64,000 bases of DNA, from NCBI GenBank assembly GCA_030704615.1, contig CM060734.1, positions 24,676,001-24,740,000 on the forward strand. The letters are read 5' to 3'. The position numbers and the translations under genes are program-made. Of the stretch, positions 24,927-35,019 are shown in pieces (positions within the stretch are counted from its first letter, which is position 1; the number at the start of each line of letters is the position of its first letter). This stretch comes from Takakia lepidozioides (lineage: Eukaryota > Plantae > Bryophyta). A model generated the notes under the pieces. It worked only from the letters and a program-made list of their open reading frames with translations. It was not told where the DNA came from and ran no database searches.

Positions 24927-25505
24927 TCACCAAGTCGACGGAACTTCGATAGCCCTCAAAACAAGCTCATTACTGCTACGGCACCTCGAGGTAAACTGCA
25001 ATTCGGTCGTTCTGCTGCCCTTGCTGGAGCCGACGACAATGTCATGTCCATCAATGATACCACCATCATACATTGACAAGGTCACTGTGGGCCTCATGTG
25101 CCTGTGCGATTCATCTTCGCAACTCAGCCGAATGTCTCCATACACTGGAAGAGCGGAGTGATCTCCATGTATATAGTTTTCCCCGATGCCGTCCTCCCTG
25201 GTCCACTGGCAGCAGTTCCAGCGCCAAAGCGAGGCCGTGCGTGATCTGTCCGGCATCCCTTTCCACCTTGGTATATCGAGGTCAACAATTTTCAGGACCC
25301 ACGGACCGCATTGACCCTCGCCCTCACCTCGCTCAAAGCGGTAATAGCCCTCCAAGTACTCCATTGCGCGCAAAGACTCTTGCTTGATTCCAGCAGCGTC
25401 TGTGAAAACAGAGAGCCACACAATGATGTCTCCTGATTCTGGTTTGAACATAGCATAATCGTGGCCATGATAAGGGCAGTCGGCTGGAGTTCGGTGGCAC
25501 GGCAT
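24927..25505 (-). CDS. Orphan protein (192 aa), paralog 1 of a divergent pair
   Basis: Intact ATG-to-stop ORF (MPCHRTPADCPY...LVLRAIEVPSTW) that aligns end-to-end by eye with 26051-26614. Confidence 0.7.
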   Translation of the reverse strand: MPCHRTPADCPYHGHDYAMFKPESGDIIVWLSVFTDAAGIKQESLRAMEYLEGYYRFERGEGEGQCGPWVLKIVDLDIPRWKGMPDRSRTASLWRWNCCQWTREDGIGENYIHGDHSALPVYGDIRLSCEDESHRHMRPTVTLSMYDGGIIDGHDIVVGSSKGSRTTELQFTSRCRSSNELVLRAIEVPSTW

Positions 25506-26050
25506 CCTTGAAAAGTACCGGAGTACTGGAGTACGCTCAATGACAGCAGCTTCCGGATGGAGGAGGAGCAGCGCGGTGGCTGGAAAAAGTTCAAGCTAAC
25601 GCTGCAATTCCTCACAAAACACTCCAGGGCACATTTAAATTTCCCCCCTACAGGATCCTGGACGGATGAAGATTGGCTGCTCCATGAATGTAGCCGTTTC
25701 AGTTTCCTACCCTGCCATGCAAACTATGGGCAATGACTGCCAGGTGGGCCGATAGCCACTCGACACGACAAAGTCCATCCCCCCTTCGATGTAAATGCGG
25801 CGCCGAATTTCCATCCGGGGATGGACTTCGGTGGCATATCTCAACCTATACCCCGTGGATGAGAAAGAGGTATGGGCGTCATGAACACGTTACACCTCCG
25901 TCGGTGGGTGCGTGGGACCCAGATTCTCCATTATTGGAGGCCGGACTGCTCTTCCGCTTCGCATCATTTCCAAAATCTAAGGGCTTCGTTGCTGTCCGCA
26001 AGGTCATTGTCATCGGCATCCAAGTCGTCCTCAGGTCCTCCTTTGCAAGG

Positions 26051-26614
26051 ATGCCGTGCTTCCGGAACCGGGACGACTGCCCTTATGGAGGCATCGATTA
26101 TGGAATGTATTCGGCCACATCGGGAGACATTGTTATCTGGTACACAGATTACACAGAAGATATTGGCTCGATTGTGGAAACATTGGTGGCTTTTGAGTAT
26201 ATCCCAGGCCAGTACGCCTTCGAGCGGGGTGATAATCTTGGTCTGAGGAGTCCGTGGCTCATGCGCATCCTTGATTCCGATTTTCCCAGCTACGGCGGTC
26301 ATCCATGCAGAACAAGGCGCACTGCTATGCTGTTGCGGTGGAACTGGTGCCAGTGGACGTGGGTGGACTCCATCGGAGAGACCTATTCTCCTGAAGCAGT
26401 GCGCTCCTCTTCTCCATTGTATGGGGACATTCGCATTGGTGTGGAGGACGAAAACGTGAAGCTTTCCATATACGATGGTGGTATGATTGAAGGGCAGGAC
26501 ATTGTGGTGAACATCAACAGGGGCGGTACAACGGCTGCAATCGACTTTACCTGGAGAAGCCCGAAGACTCATGAGCTAGTTCTGAGAGCAGTCGAAGTCC
26601 CATTGACAACGTGA
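26051..26614 (+). CDS. Orphan protein (187 aa from the MPC start), paralog 2 of a divergent pair
   Basis: Homology to paralog 1 starts exactly at ATG 26051 (MPCFRNRDDCPY). Shared blocks: SGDI, FERG, RWN-x-CQWT, YGDIR, LS-x-YDGG-x-I-x-G-x-DIVV, ELVLRA-x-EVP. Confidence 0.7.
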   Translation: MPCFRNRDDCPYGGIDYGMYSATSGDIVIWYTDYTEDIGSIVETLVAFEYIPGQYAFERGDNLGLRSPWLMRILDSDFPSYGGHPCRTRRTAMLLRWNWCQWTWVDSIGETYSPEAVRSSSPLYGDIRIGVEDENVKLSIYDGGMIEGQDIVVNINRGGTTAAIDFTWRSPKTHELVLRAVEVPLTT

Positions 26615-26954
26615 CTTGTATTCAGTAGGCACAGGGCTAACGATTTGTTTGCACAATCAGCACAGTAGACGTGCTTCAAATGCAATTCATGTGGATCAAT
26701 AAAAACCTCATTGTGCCCTCTTTTTATTCTATTCTGTGTCCATCGTTCCCAGAATGCGTCATTGCTCATTTCGTTTAGGATTGGGAGTGTGGGAGGATTT
26801 TGCAAGTGGCTGTTAGGCTGAAATGGCCCCCATTGTACAGAGCAGTACCACCCTACCATTCGCGAAACATTGTCATTCAATATATAATTCTAAAAAACAT
26901 TGCCGAACCTCCTTCATCGGGAGGTCCTTCTCCCCCTATGACCGTGGCACCCTT

Positions 26955-27809
26955 AACCCTATTCCCGCGGACACATATTTCCGGAAAATAGTCTGCTCAT
27001 TTTTTTTTTCACACTTACGACTCTGCTCATGGCTCATGCCGCTTGTCGCGGCCCTTTGCCTTGAGGGCAGGGGGTCGGGACACATGAGGGGCTGCCCCTG
27101 TGGTGGGGGCAGCGGCAGCGATAGGTATGGGGGGCTGAAGCACCCTTGAGTGCCCAAGGCACTCAGGGAAGCGGAGGCGCTCACTAGGTGGAGCCCCGCA
27201 CACCGGGTTGCAGTGGGGGTGGCTCCACAAGGGGTGGTGGTAGCTTAGTGGGACTTAGTGGGGGTGGCATAGGACTCACCATGGGGGCGGAGACCTCGTG
27301 GTGGGAGTCGTGGGGAGTCTTGGGACTCATCACGGTCCATAGGGGCCGTGGTGAGCGGGCCAAGACTCACTGCGACTCACCACCGGGAATCGAGGGTCTT
27401 CGTGGTGGTTCGCCATAAAATGGCATGGCTGGTTGTGAAACCCCCGCGGACAGCTACAGAAGTATATATAGGGAGTAGTAACCCCGAGAACGGTGCAAGC
27501 CCGTTGGTGACCAAAAACTAGTGAGTAAGCGAGCGAGCCGGAAAGCGACCAAAGAGTGGGGAGCTGTTCCGGACTGCCAACTACCAAAGGGAATTCCCGC
27601 TGGTTCCAAATCGGTGGAGGGTTCTTTGGGAGAACAAAGGGGGACCGTTATGCCCCGGTGAGCAGCCGAAGCTCCAAGTTGGCCCGGCGGCCAGGTTGGG
27701 AGTCAGGCGCGCGCATCAAAGCGAGTAACTATGACTTGAAGGGGAGCTTACCGAAGTGAGGTGCGCGACACCGCTCATGGCTCATGGCTCATGAAATAGC
27801 AGCCCCCCC
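26955..27809 (+). repeat. Right terminus of MULE-family element C (interrupted by the solo LTR)
   Basis: GCTCATG repeats on both sides of the solo LTR, ending GCTCATGAAATAGCAGCCCCCC; the same design as the element B terminus at 30174-30219. Confidence 0.7.
27044..27770. mobile_element. Solo LTR (727 bp)
   Basis: TGTCGCG...CGCGACA inverted termini; 5-bp TSD CCGCT (27039-27043 and 27771-27775); TATATA box at ca. 27463. Confidence 0.88.
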
Positions 27810-29461
27810 TTGGATGATGCAGAGACACAGTTTGCATGTATACGGGCTTGGTGGACATCGTCAGGTGCTGTAAGGAAATCAGACGAGGGAGCAATGGTCA
27901 GTTGGCTAGCATGGTGGCATTATCGTTTCCTCTTGTTCGGCGACTATATGCGGGAGGTGAGTTGCACGAATTCGCGTCCCGTTGAATATTATTCTTGGCC
28001 ATATTTGTAACTTGCTTGTAACCTCAACATGTGCTTGTGCAGGAAATGTGTCTCGACTCCGACACTGACATGCCCACGACAAACATGGCCGAATCAGTGC
28101 ACTCTTTCTGGCGTGCCTCCTCTGCAGCGCATCTGGTGGACATCCTCACTGCCACAACGGAGGACATTGTGAGGTCAATTATGCAGCAATGCAGGTACAA
28201 CGAGTTCTTGAAAGGGAAACAGTGGGGCTTGGGGCCGGACAGGCAGGAAATGCTGATGCGGACTGCCTCTAGATCGAAGAATCCTCGAAAGTGGGCGGTG
28301 GCCTTGCGAGAGGGCCTTCGGGACACGCCATTGATGCGAAGAGGCCAACATTTGGAAGGAGATGTTCATACCCGTCCAGTGAGACGAAGACTTGACGAGG
28401 CACCTGGCGGAGAAGAGGATTCATGGCGAGCTGACAAGAATATTCGCACGCTCCCTCGTGGTCCGGTGATGTTGCCCGAGGAGGTCTCGTCGAGCACCGC
28501 AAGTCCTGCACGTTCAAGATCGCCATCTCCTTTGAGCACAGGGCGCGTGCCCCGGCAACATAACGAGCCATCTGTAGTAAAGCAGTACAACATTCCCATT
28601 GTGGAGACAAGAGTGTCGGAGTCGCAGTGGAGAATTGCGAGGACATTGCCGGCATTTCGAGGGAAGTGTTGCGCCATCCGGGTGGATACGAGAGCACGCT
28701 GTGGTGAGATGATTCGGAGGAACCCACACGGTGCTGTACCTGCACCTTGTTTCAGCTGCAGATTTTTGACTCCCACATTTGCTCACGCCACAACGCAGAC
28801 ATTTTGGTTCTGTAGGCACGACATAATGACCTGTGTATTTGGCAAGCCCAAGTACGGGATTCAGGGAATGCCGGAGCCTCCGGGCGTCTGGCCTGTTGCA
28901 CCGGGTTGCAGCCTCTCTCAGAATGAGGCGGATGCTCTATCTGCAGCAGGATTTCGAATGGTGCAACGCACAGATATCCCGGCCCATGCATTTCCGGTTC
29001 CTCAGACCCAGCCATTGCAGACTGCTCGGTCCAGTAGAGACGGATTGGACAATTCTGCACATCCCACAATGCGATTCGGAAGAGTGAAGAGACGACACCC
29101 TCCCAACAAGTTGAATGAGACTCGGATTGCCAATGCTCTTGGGATGGCTTGCACTATTCAGAGCTCCATGGACGTACCCCCACCCGGCCTTGGGCGTGTG
29201 TATCGGATGGCAACGGCCGGCTCGGCTGTACGCGACGATGTATACACAATTACGATTGGAGTGGAGCCGACTTGCAATTGTACGGACTTCTCGTTGATGG
29301 AAGCAAAGAAGGGTTCGAAGTATTATCCGTGCAAGCATCTGTATTACATTTACCTGAAGAGGTTGAGGATGAACGTGACTATTGATGACTTTATTCATGC
29401 ACCGGCGTTGAGCGTGAACGAGCTGCACAAACTCCTCCTTAGGGATTCCAGAAATCATTGA
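27810..29461 (+). mobile_element. MULE transposase 3' half (element B), 5'-truncated
   Basis: IRAWW...WWHYRF, TTNMAESVH (catalytic E), FWFC, and SWIM CNCTDF...YPCKHL. Collinear with transposase A; intron 27957-28042 is at the same position as A's intron. Confidence 0.85.
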
Positions 29462-29599
29462 TGGGGCAAAGGGAATCCTCCATATGGATATTTTCAATTG
29501 CATTTTGTTGTATCAGACTTTTTTTTGCAGTGTAATGAAATGCACCCCAAAACTCCTGGAATGAGGCAATATTCCATTCAAACTGAGATCCAACAGAAG

Positions 29600-30219
29600 C
29601 AGTTGTGGGCCATTTCTGGAAAAATGGCGTCGAATTTCTCTTTTTGGGGCCGAAAACTGGCTAAGTCCCAACATGCACTGGTACCTGTGTCTGGGAAAAT
29701 GGCGCCGAATTTCTCTTTTTTGGGCCGAAAACTGGCTAAGTCCCAACATGCACTGGTACAGTGTCTGGAAAAATGGCGCCGAATTTCCCTATTTTGCGCC
29801 GAAAACTGGCTAAGTCCGAACATGCACTGGAAAAATGGCGCCGAATTACCTGTCATGAGGGGACCTATAGCCGCGGAATTCGGCACCATTTTTCGCCAGA
29901 GAGACCTATTACCGCGAAATACGTCGCCGTTTTTTCAGGTTACGGACCCTATTACCGCAAAATTCGGCACCATATTTGCACATGTCGCTGGGAATTGGCA
30001 TGAGCGGAAGACGAAATATCATGAGCACAACTGTCAAAACTGCAATTTTCCCTTCAAGGGGCCGAATAATATATTTGTTTTTCCTGACACATTGCATTAA
30101 ATTATTGTTTTTTATTGTTTTTTATTTTCGAAATTTGTACTTCTGCTCATGAAAACCGATTGTCTTACTACTCCGCTCATGCCGCTCATGCCGCTCATGC
30201 TCATGAAATAGCAAACCTC
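29600..30219. repeat. Subterminal palindromic repeats (GAAAAATGGCGCCGAATTT) and right terminus of element B
   Basis: ca. 71-73-bp units at 29618, 29695 and 29767 plus shorter variants; terminus CCGCTCATG x3 then GAAATAGCAAACCTC. Confidence 0.75.
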
Positions 30220-30714
30220 TGAAGATGTGCTCCTGGCTTTGAGGGGAAACCATCTTCTACTAAACTTGTAAGCTCGGTCCACTCAGCCAACTTGTCTCTG
30301 GCCGTAAGGCATGGCGGGGGTTGGGGGAAAGTGTTTGCAGATGTGCCCTCTGGTTGGATACTACTTTCCTATTATTAGGTCTTCCATGTCGGTCTAACGT
30401 GTATCTCTGCTATGACGCTATGTATTGCAGGTTTTTTTGATACCGTGATCCCTCGTCTCTTCGTTACTTGGGGAGGAATCAGGGTCTTCTTGGGTCAGCC
30501 TCTATGGCACTCACCTTATGAGGCTATTTTGTCCTCCTAAATTGTTATTGTAAAACTTACAATTGTAATTGCAGAATGTTGTCGAATGGATGCCACAGTT
30601 TCAGGCTTATTTCCCATTTCGGGTATTTTGATGGTATTCTTGATGGTATGTTGGTTTCATGTTGCCTAAGTTCATCCCACGGTCATAGGACCCTCGGGTA
30701 TAGGCGCCGTATGT

Positions 30715-30880
30715 TTTTGTTGACGTGGCGGATGCTGACGTGGCGCCACATCAGCATTTGACACCATGGCAACTCGCTGGCATCACGCTCATGCCACGTC
30801 ATGCTCATGCCGCCTCACCAGCGTGTGAGCATACGCTCACACGCAAGGCTCACGCCGTTGCGTCGTTGTTGAGCTACACC
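30715..30880. repeat. Isolated terminal fragment of the same element type as 59528-61070
   Basis: The reverse complement of 30815-30868 (caacgacgcaacggcgtgagccttgcgtgtgagcgtatgctcacac) closely matches 59532-59577. Confidence 0.65.
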
Positions 30881-30885
30881 TTGGT

Positions 30886-33058
30886 CTATGTCAAAGAAGT
30901 TAGACTTCTGTCCATTAACAGTGACACAACTTTTGGTGTGAGCCTACAAGTTATGGACAACTCTCCACATCTTTCCCTTGATCCCACATGACCAGAGTTG
31001 GAGCCATAGATCGTCTCTCCACAGTGTGTCATAAGGGTTTCAAAGGTTTTGACAATGTCAACTGTTGAAGTCACCACTGCACCCTTAATAGTCCTCAGCG
31101 CTTGTGCTTGCTGATAGTTTTTTGGCTTGTACAAACGTTGAAGGGCCAACCAGAATCTCTTGTCATTACCACCATGGTGGTTTGAGCTTATTTCACTATA
31201 GTTTGTCCCAATATAATTTCTTCTGAGACCATGCAAGCTTATTGATATCTTTGCAGAACTGGTAGTACCTAGCCCACAATTCTTTGTTGGTTTTCAAACC
31301 GCAGCACTCTTTATAGAAGACTTGTCTCTCAGCTAACTTGAGTTTAATCTCATTGGTCCACCAATTAATAGCTCTACCACAGACACTTAGTTTCCTCCCA
31401 ATGATCTTGTCAGCCACAGAGGAGACGAACCTCTCCCAAGAATCCACTGCTCTTTCAACTTCATTTCTTGCATTGCCAGAGCGAAACTGAAGGTCTTGGA
31501 GCGAGTGGACAAAATGAGGGAGAGCCTCTTGCAAGGCCTAGACATACTAAGCCTTGACCTCTTCATTTTGGAATTTTTCTATGCGCCACTTCCGAATCGA
31601 ACATTTCACAGATCTCTTGGTGTTGGGAAAATACCTTTTGATCTCAGTCCAAACCAGGAAGTGGTCAGAGGTACCAATATCAGTTATGTCAATCAACACA
31701 CTGGCACTCTGGGGAAACAAAGTTTTGTCCATTATGGTATAATCCACAATGGAACGTTCCCCTGTTTGGGCTTTCTCACGAGTCCTCTGCACTTGGTCTC
31801 TTTTTTCTTCTAGATAGTTTATTAACCGTCTACCATTAGAATTCAGCTTGTCCTCACCAAAAGGCCCAATGGTATCATCCTGATGGAGACCTTTGCCCAC
31901 CCCGGCATTGAAGTCACCCAATAAGACCACCTGACCTTTGGCGAGGAACTTAGCATAGTCCAGCTTCATGTCTTCGAAGGCTTTGTTTGCATCATCACTA
32001 AGGGTCCCCTATGTGGGCATGTAAACACAACCCACAAAGAGGTCCTTCGTATTCAGGCCGCCCTTCAGTTTCAGTTTTAGCCAAATATTGTGCTCATACC
32101 GCACACCCTTGTTGATAATTCCACAATTGTCACACAATAAATCACGAACAAAGAATGCAACCCTTTTTTTACCATGTTTGGCAGAGGTTGCCTTAAGAGG
32201 GCACATCTTACCTATCATTATAACCATTGACATCTCCAACCAGTTTGTCCAGAGTTTCCCATGTCTCTTGCCCAACACAGATATGAATGTCATTTGCCCG
32301 AAGAACTTGTCCCACTTCGAGTTGTTTCCATTGTCAACCCTGAGAAATTTTGAAAGTGCCCAGCTGCAAGCCAGCCCTTTGCATGTGAATTGTTTGTCGT
32401 CTAGGTAGCCTATGGTTGCTCCTGGACACCAACCGTTCTGCAAAAAAGGGACAATTACCCCGTGTGTAGATTTTGCTCGTCTTGTGTAAACTTTCAGGAT
32501 TGGTAAACCATTCAGAGTACCAAATCCTTCAGTTACACGACTCTCAAGCTCTGCACACTTAGAGACAGTTTGTCTGTCTGACTGCTTGGAATCAACCTCA
32601 TATTCCAGAGCATCAAACCTAGAAACTTTCAAGTTGAAATCCCTTCCCTTGGTTGTCTTCCTAGAGTACCTCATTGAATCACCAATGTCTAAGACTGCTC
32701 TCCAGCCAGTCAAGGGACAAACTTTTTTGAGATTGAATTGATGTGAGACTCTGTTAGTAGCATTTTTGGGCATTGCAACATTCAAAGTACCTCTATTATC
32801 AAGTCTCGAGATGGAACCATTAGCCATATAATCCAAGCCTAAGCTGGAGCATGTAGTTTTAAAGGACACATCGTCCATCCTAAGATTCACCCCAAAAACT
32901 ACACATGAAGCCCTAGATTTGGCATAAGTAACCAGTTCCCAGGAATCACCATGGGGAGTGTTGTTTTGATAAGAGGTAATGTATTGGTAGAATTGGTCTA
33001 TAAGTTTAATTACAAGGACCAACCCTAGCCCAAGTGCCGAGTATGCTAGACAGAGCAT
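30886..33058 (-). pseudogene. LINE (RTE/RTEX- or L2-like) 5' portion: ORF1-like region + APE endonuclease
   Basis: FVGCVYMPT, VLLGDFNA, NSNGRRL, SIVDY, SDH, then WW motif region; frameshifted. Confidence 0.8.
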
Positions 33059-33296
33059 ACGACTGCCCTGCCCCCAAGCGGTAGGGGTCTGCTTGTTACC
33101 ATTGAGAGATCACACTCCAGGGAGCTGCATGGAATGGCTCGCATAGGCATATTCTGAAGAGGGAAAGGCCCCAAACTCTCCAACTAAATCCAATGCACTA
33201 CCTTAATCTGAAGCAAAGCGCTTAAGGTTAAATCAAACAAAGACACGGGGTCTCAAGGCTGACATTTAGTCACAAAGACATTTATGTACTCCCGTA

Positions 33297-34410
33297 TCAA
33301 GTCCACCCAATGGCAATAGGCTTCCTAGAGGATAGGGAGAAAGAAAGAATGTACTCATAAACTTTGTTTGCCGTAGCCTTGTGGCCATTGACCCCGCGCC
33401 CAGTTTGAGCAGAACACAAAGGGACAGAACCTACCTTTGTCAGGGGCTGACGTCGGTAGTAAGACTTACCTTGAAATAAAACATTGATCCAGGTTTTCCA
33501 GATATCCTCTAGAAATCCCTTCATACAAGCATCAATCTGTTGTGTGTGACTTGCCAAATAACTAGGCCCCAGAAGGGCCTAGGCTTTTGGCTCAGCCTCG
33601 AGACTTTCAAAGTTGGTAAACAGAGGTTCGGGAACAATTCCCTTAATAGATTTGAGGAGAGCGTCTCTCTGGTGAGAGAACCCCGGACAATGAATCAAAA
33701 AGTGAATATTGTCTTCAGGTTGCCCACACAACGGGCAATTGCACTCTCCCTTTCCTCTCTGCTTCTGTTTGTTGTTCAAAGGTAGGCTTCCAGCCCTGAT
33801 TTAAATTTCAGTCTAGTACCAAGAGTGGGTAGACCCTTGAGGTCATCCATGATGTCCTCCCCCATGTCACAAAGTGGAAACAAGTTCAAGTTTTTTGCCT
33901 TTAACTTCATTTTCATCAGCCAATTTTCTTGGCAATAGACATGGCTTTGGACACTACAGTCTCTAAGTCATATTTATCCAGCAAGGTCAAGACTTGCGGG
34001 TTAAGATTCAGATGCTTGAGAATCTCTTATACTCTCTTCTGCCAAGACTTAGCCTATTTTCTGGTGTTGGACATATGTTGCAGCTGACCCCACCATCTGA
34101 CCTTGAATTCATCTCGTTGGGAGCTTAAGGAAGGGATACCAAACTCACCCCGAATAGCCACATTGGTTGTTTTGGAGCATGCTGACATGCACTCCTTAAG
34201 CACCCCCACTTGAATGGATTCTAGAGACTTCGCCTGGTTGGAGTTATCAACCCATATTGCAGATCATACTCCAAGGCAGGTCTAATAACACGACAAAGCA
34301 TGGTTTTTCTTGACCTCATAGTTGATCCCTCTGCAATGGAAGAATTTGGTGAGACCCAGCGCTTTGCGCTTGCCCGTTTGAACAACTTTCTGAATATATG
34401 CATCCCTTTT
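33297..34410 (-). pseudogene. LINE ORF2 C-terminal portion (post-RT thumb region and Cys/His finger)
   Basis: VIRPALEY motif; CPLC...EDNIHFLIHCP. Confidence 0.7.
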
Positions 34411-34969
34411 ATAGGGAGAAAGAGAGGGAGAGAGTGAGTAGCTCATTTCACACTAAGGAATTGTCCAGTATTCTCGCCGGACCAGGAACACAACATCAGC
34501 TCAAAGGAAGCATTAGATGAATTGTTTGGGTTTGCTTGGTTTTGAAAGAGGCAATGACATCTGCTTCATGTCATTTGCTTGACATTGGCTGTTGAGGTTG
34601 GCTAAGGCCGTCAGCCGTGCATCTTGGTTGCATCTGTCACAATTTGAGGGTTGTTGTTCTGCTGACATGTTTTCCTATTAGAATGTTATGTATGGAGTCT
34701 GTAAAAGATAGTGATACCTTTTGACCAATTTATGCCTCTTTCAAGGTATCTTTTGACCAATTTAGGTGACTAGACATGCACTTCTGTAGATGCGTTGCTC
34801 TAGCAAAGTTGGTAGTTTATCAGTGTCCACCTCTTGTCATTAATTCTTGTTGCTACATTGAAACCCTTAGGTGACCATGCCAATGCTATCAATTGCAGGG
34901 CAGGACAAGACAATGTTGTGGTTGAAGGTTTTCTGAAATAACAGGGTGTGGAGGCAAGAAAGGAAGGAG

Positions 34970-34973
<4 letters not shown>

Positions 34974-35015
<42 letters not shown>
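34974..35015. repeat. (CT)n microsatellite
   Basis: Directly visible ca. 20-unit CT run. Confidence 0.95.

Positions 35016-35019
<4 letters not shown>

Noticed and set aside
25733-26050. N-terminal 106 aa of the 293-aa ORF
   Set aside because: Homology to the paralog begins at ATG 26051; the upstream part overlaps the intergenic palindrome and is probably non-coding.
23975-29990. Palindrome centres (GGCGCC, GTYRAC, CCGCGG) as the methyltransferase target
   Set aside because: The centre of any palindrome resembles a restriction site, so this is uninformative without modification data.
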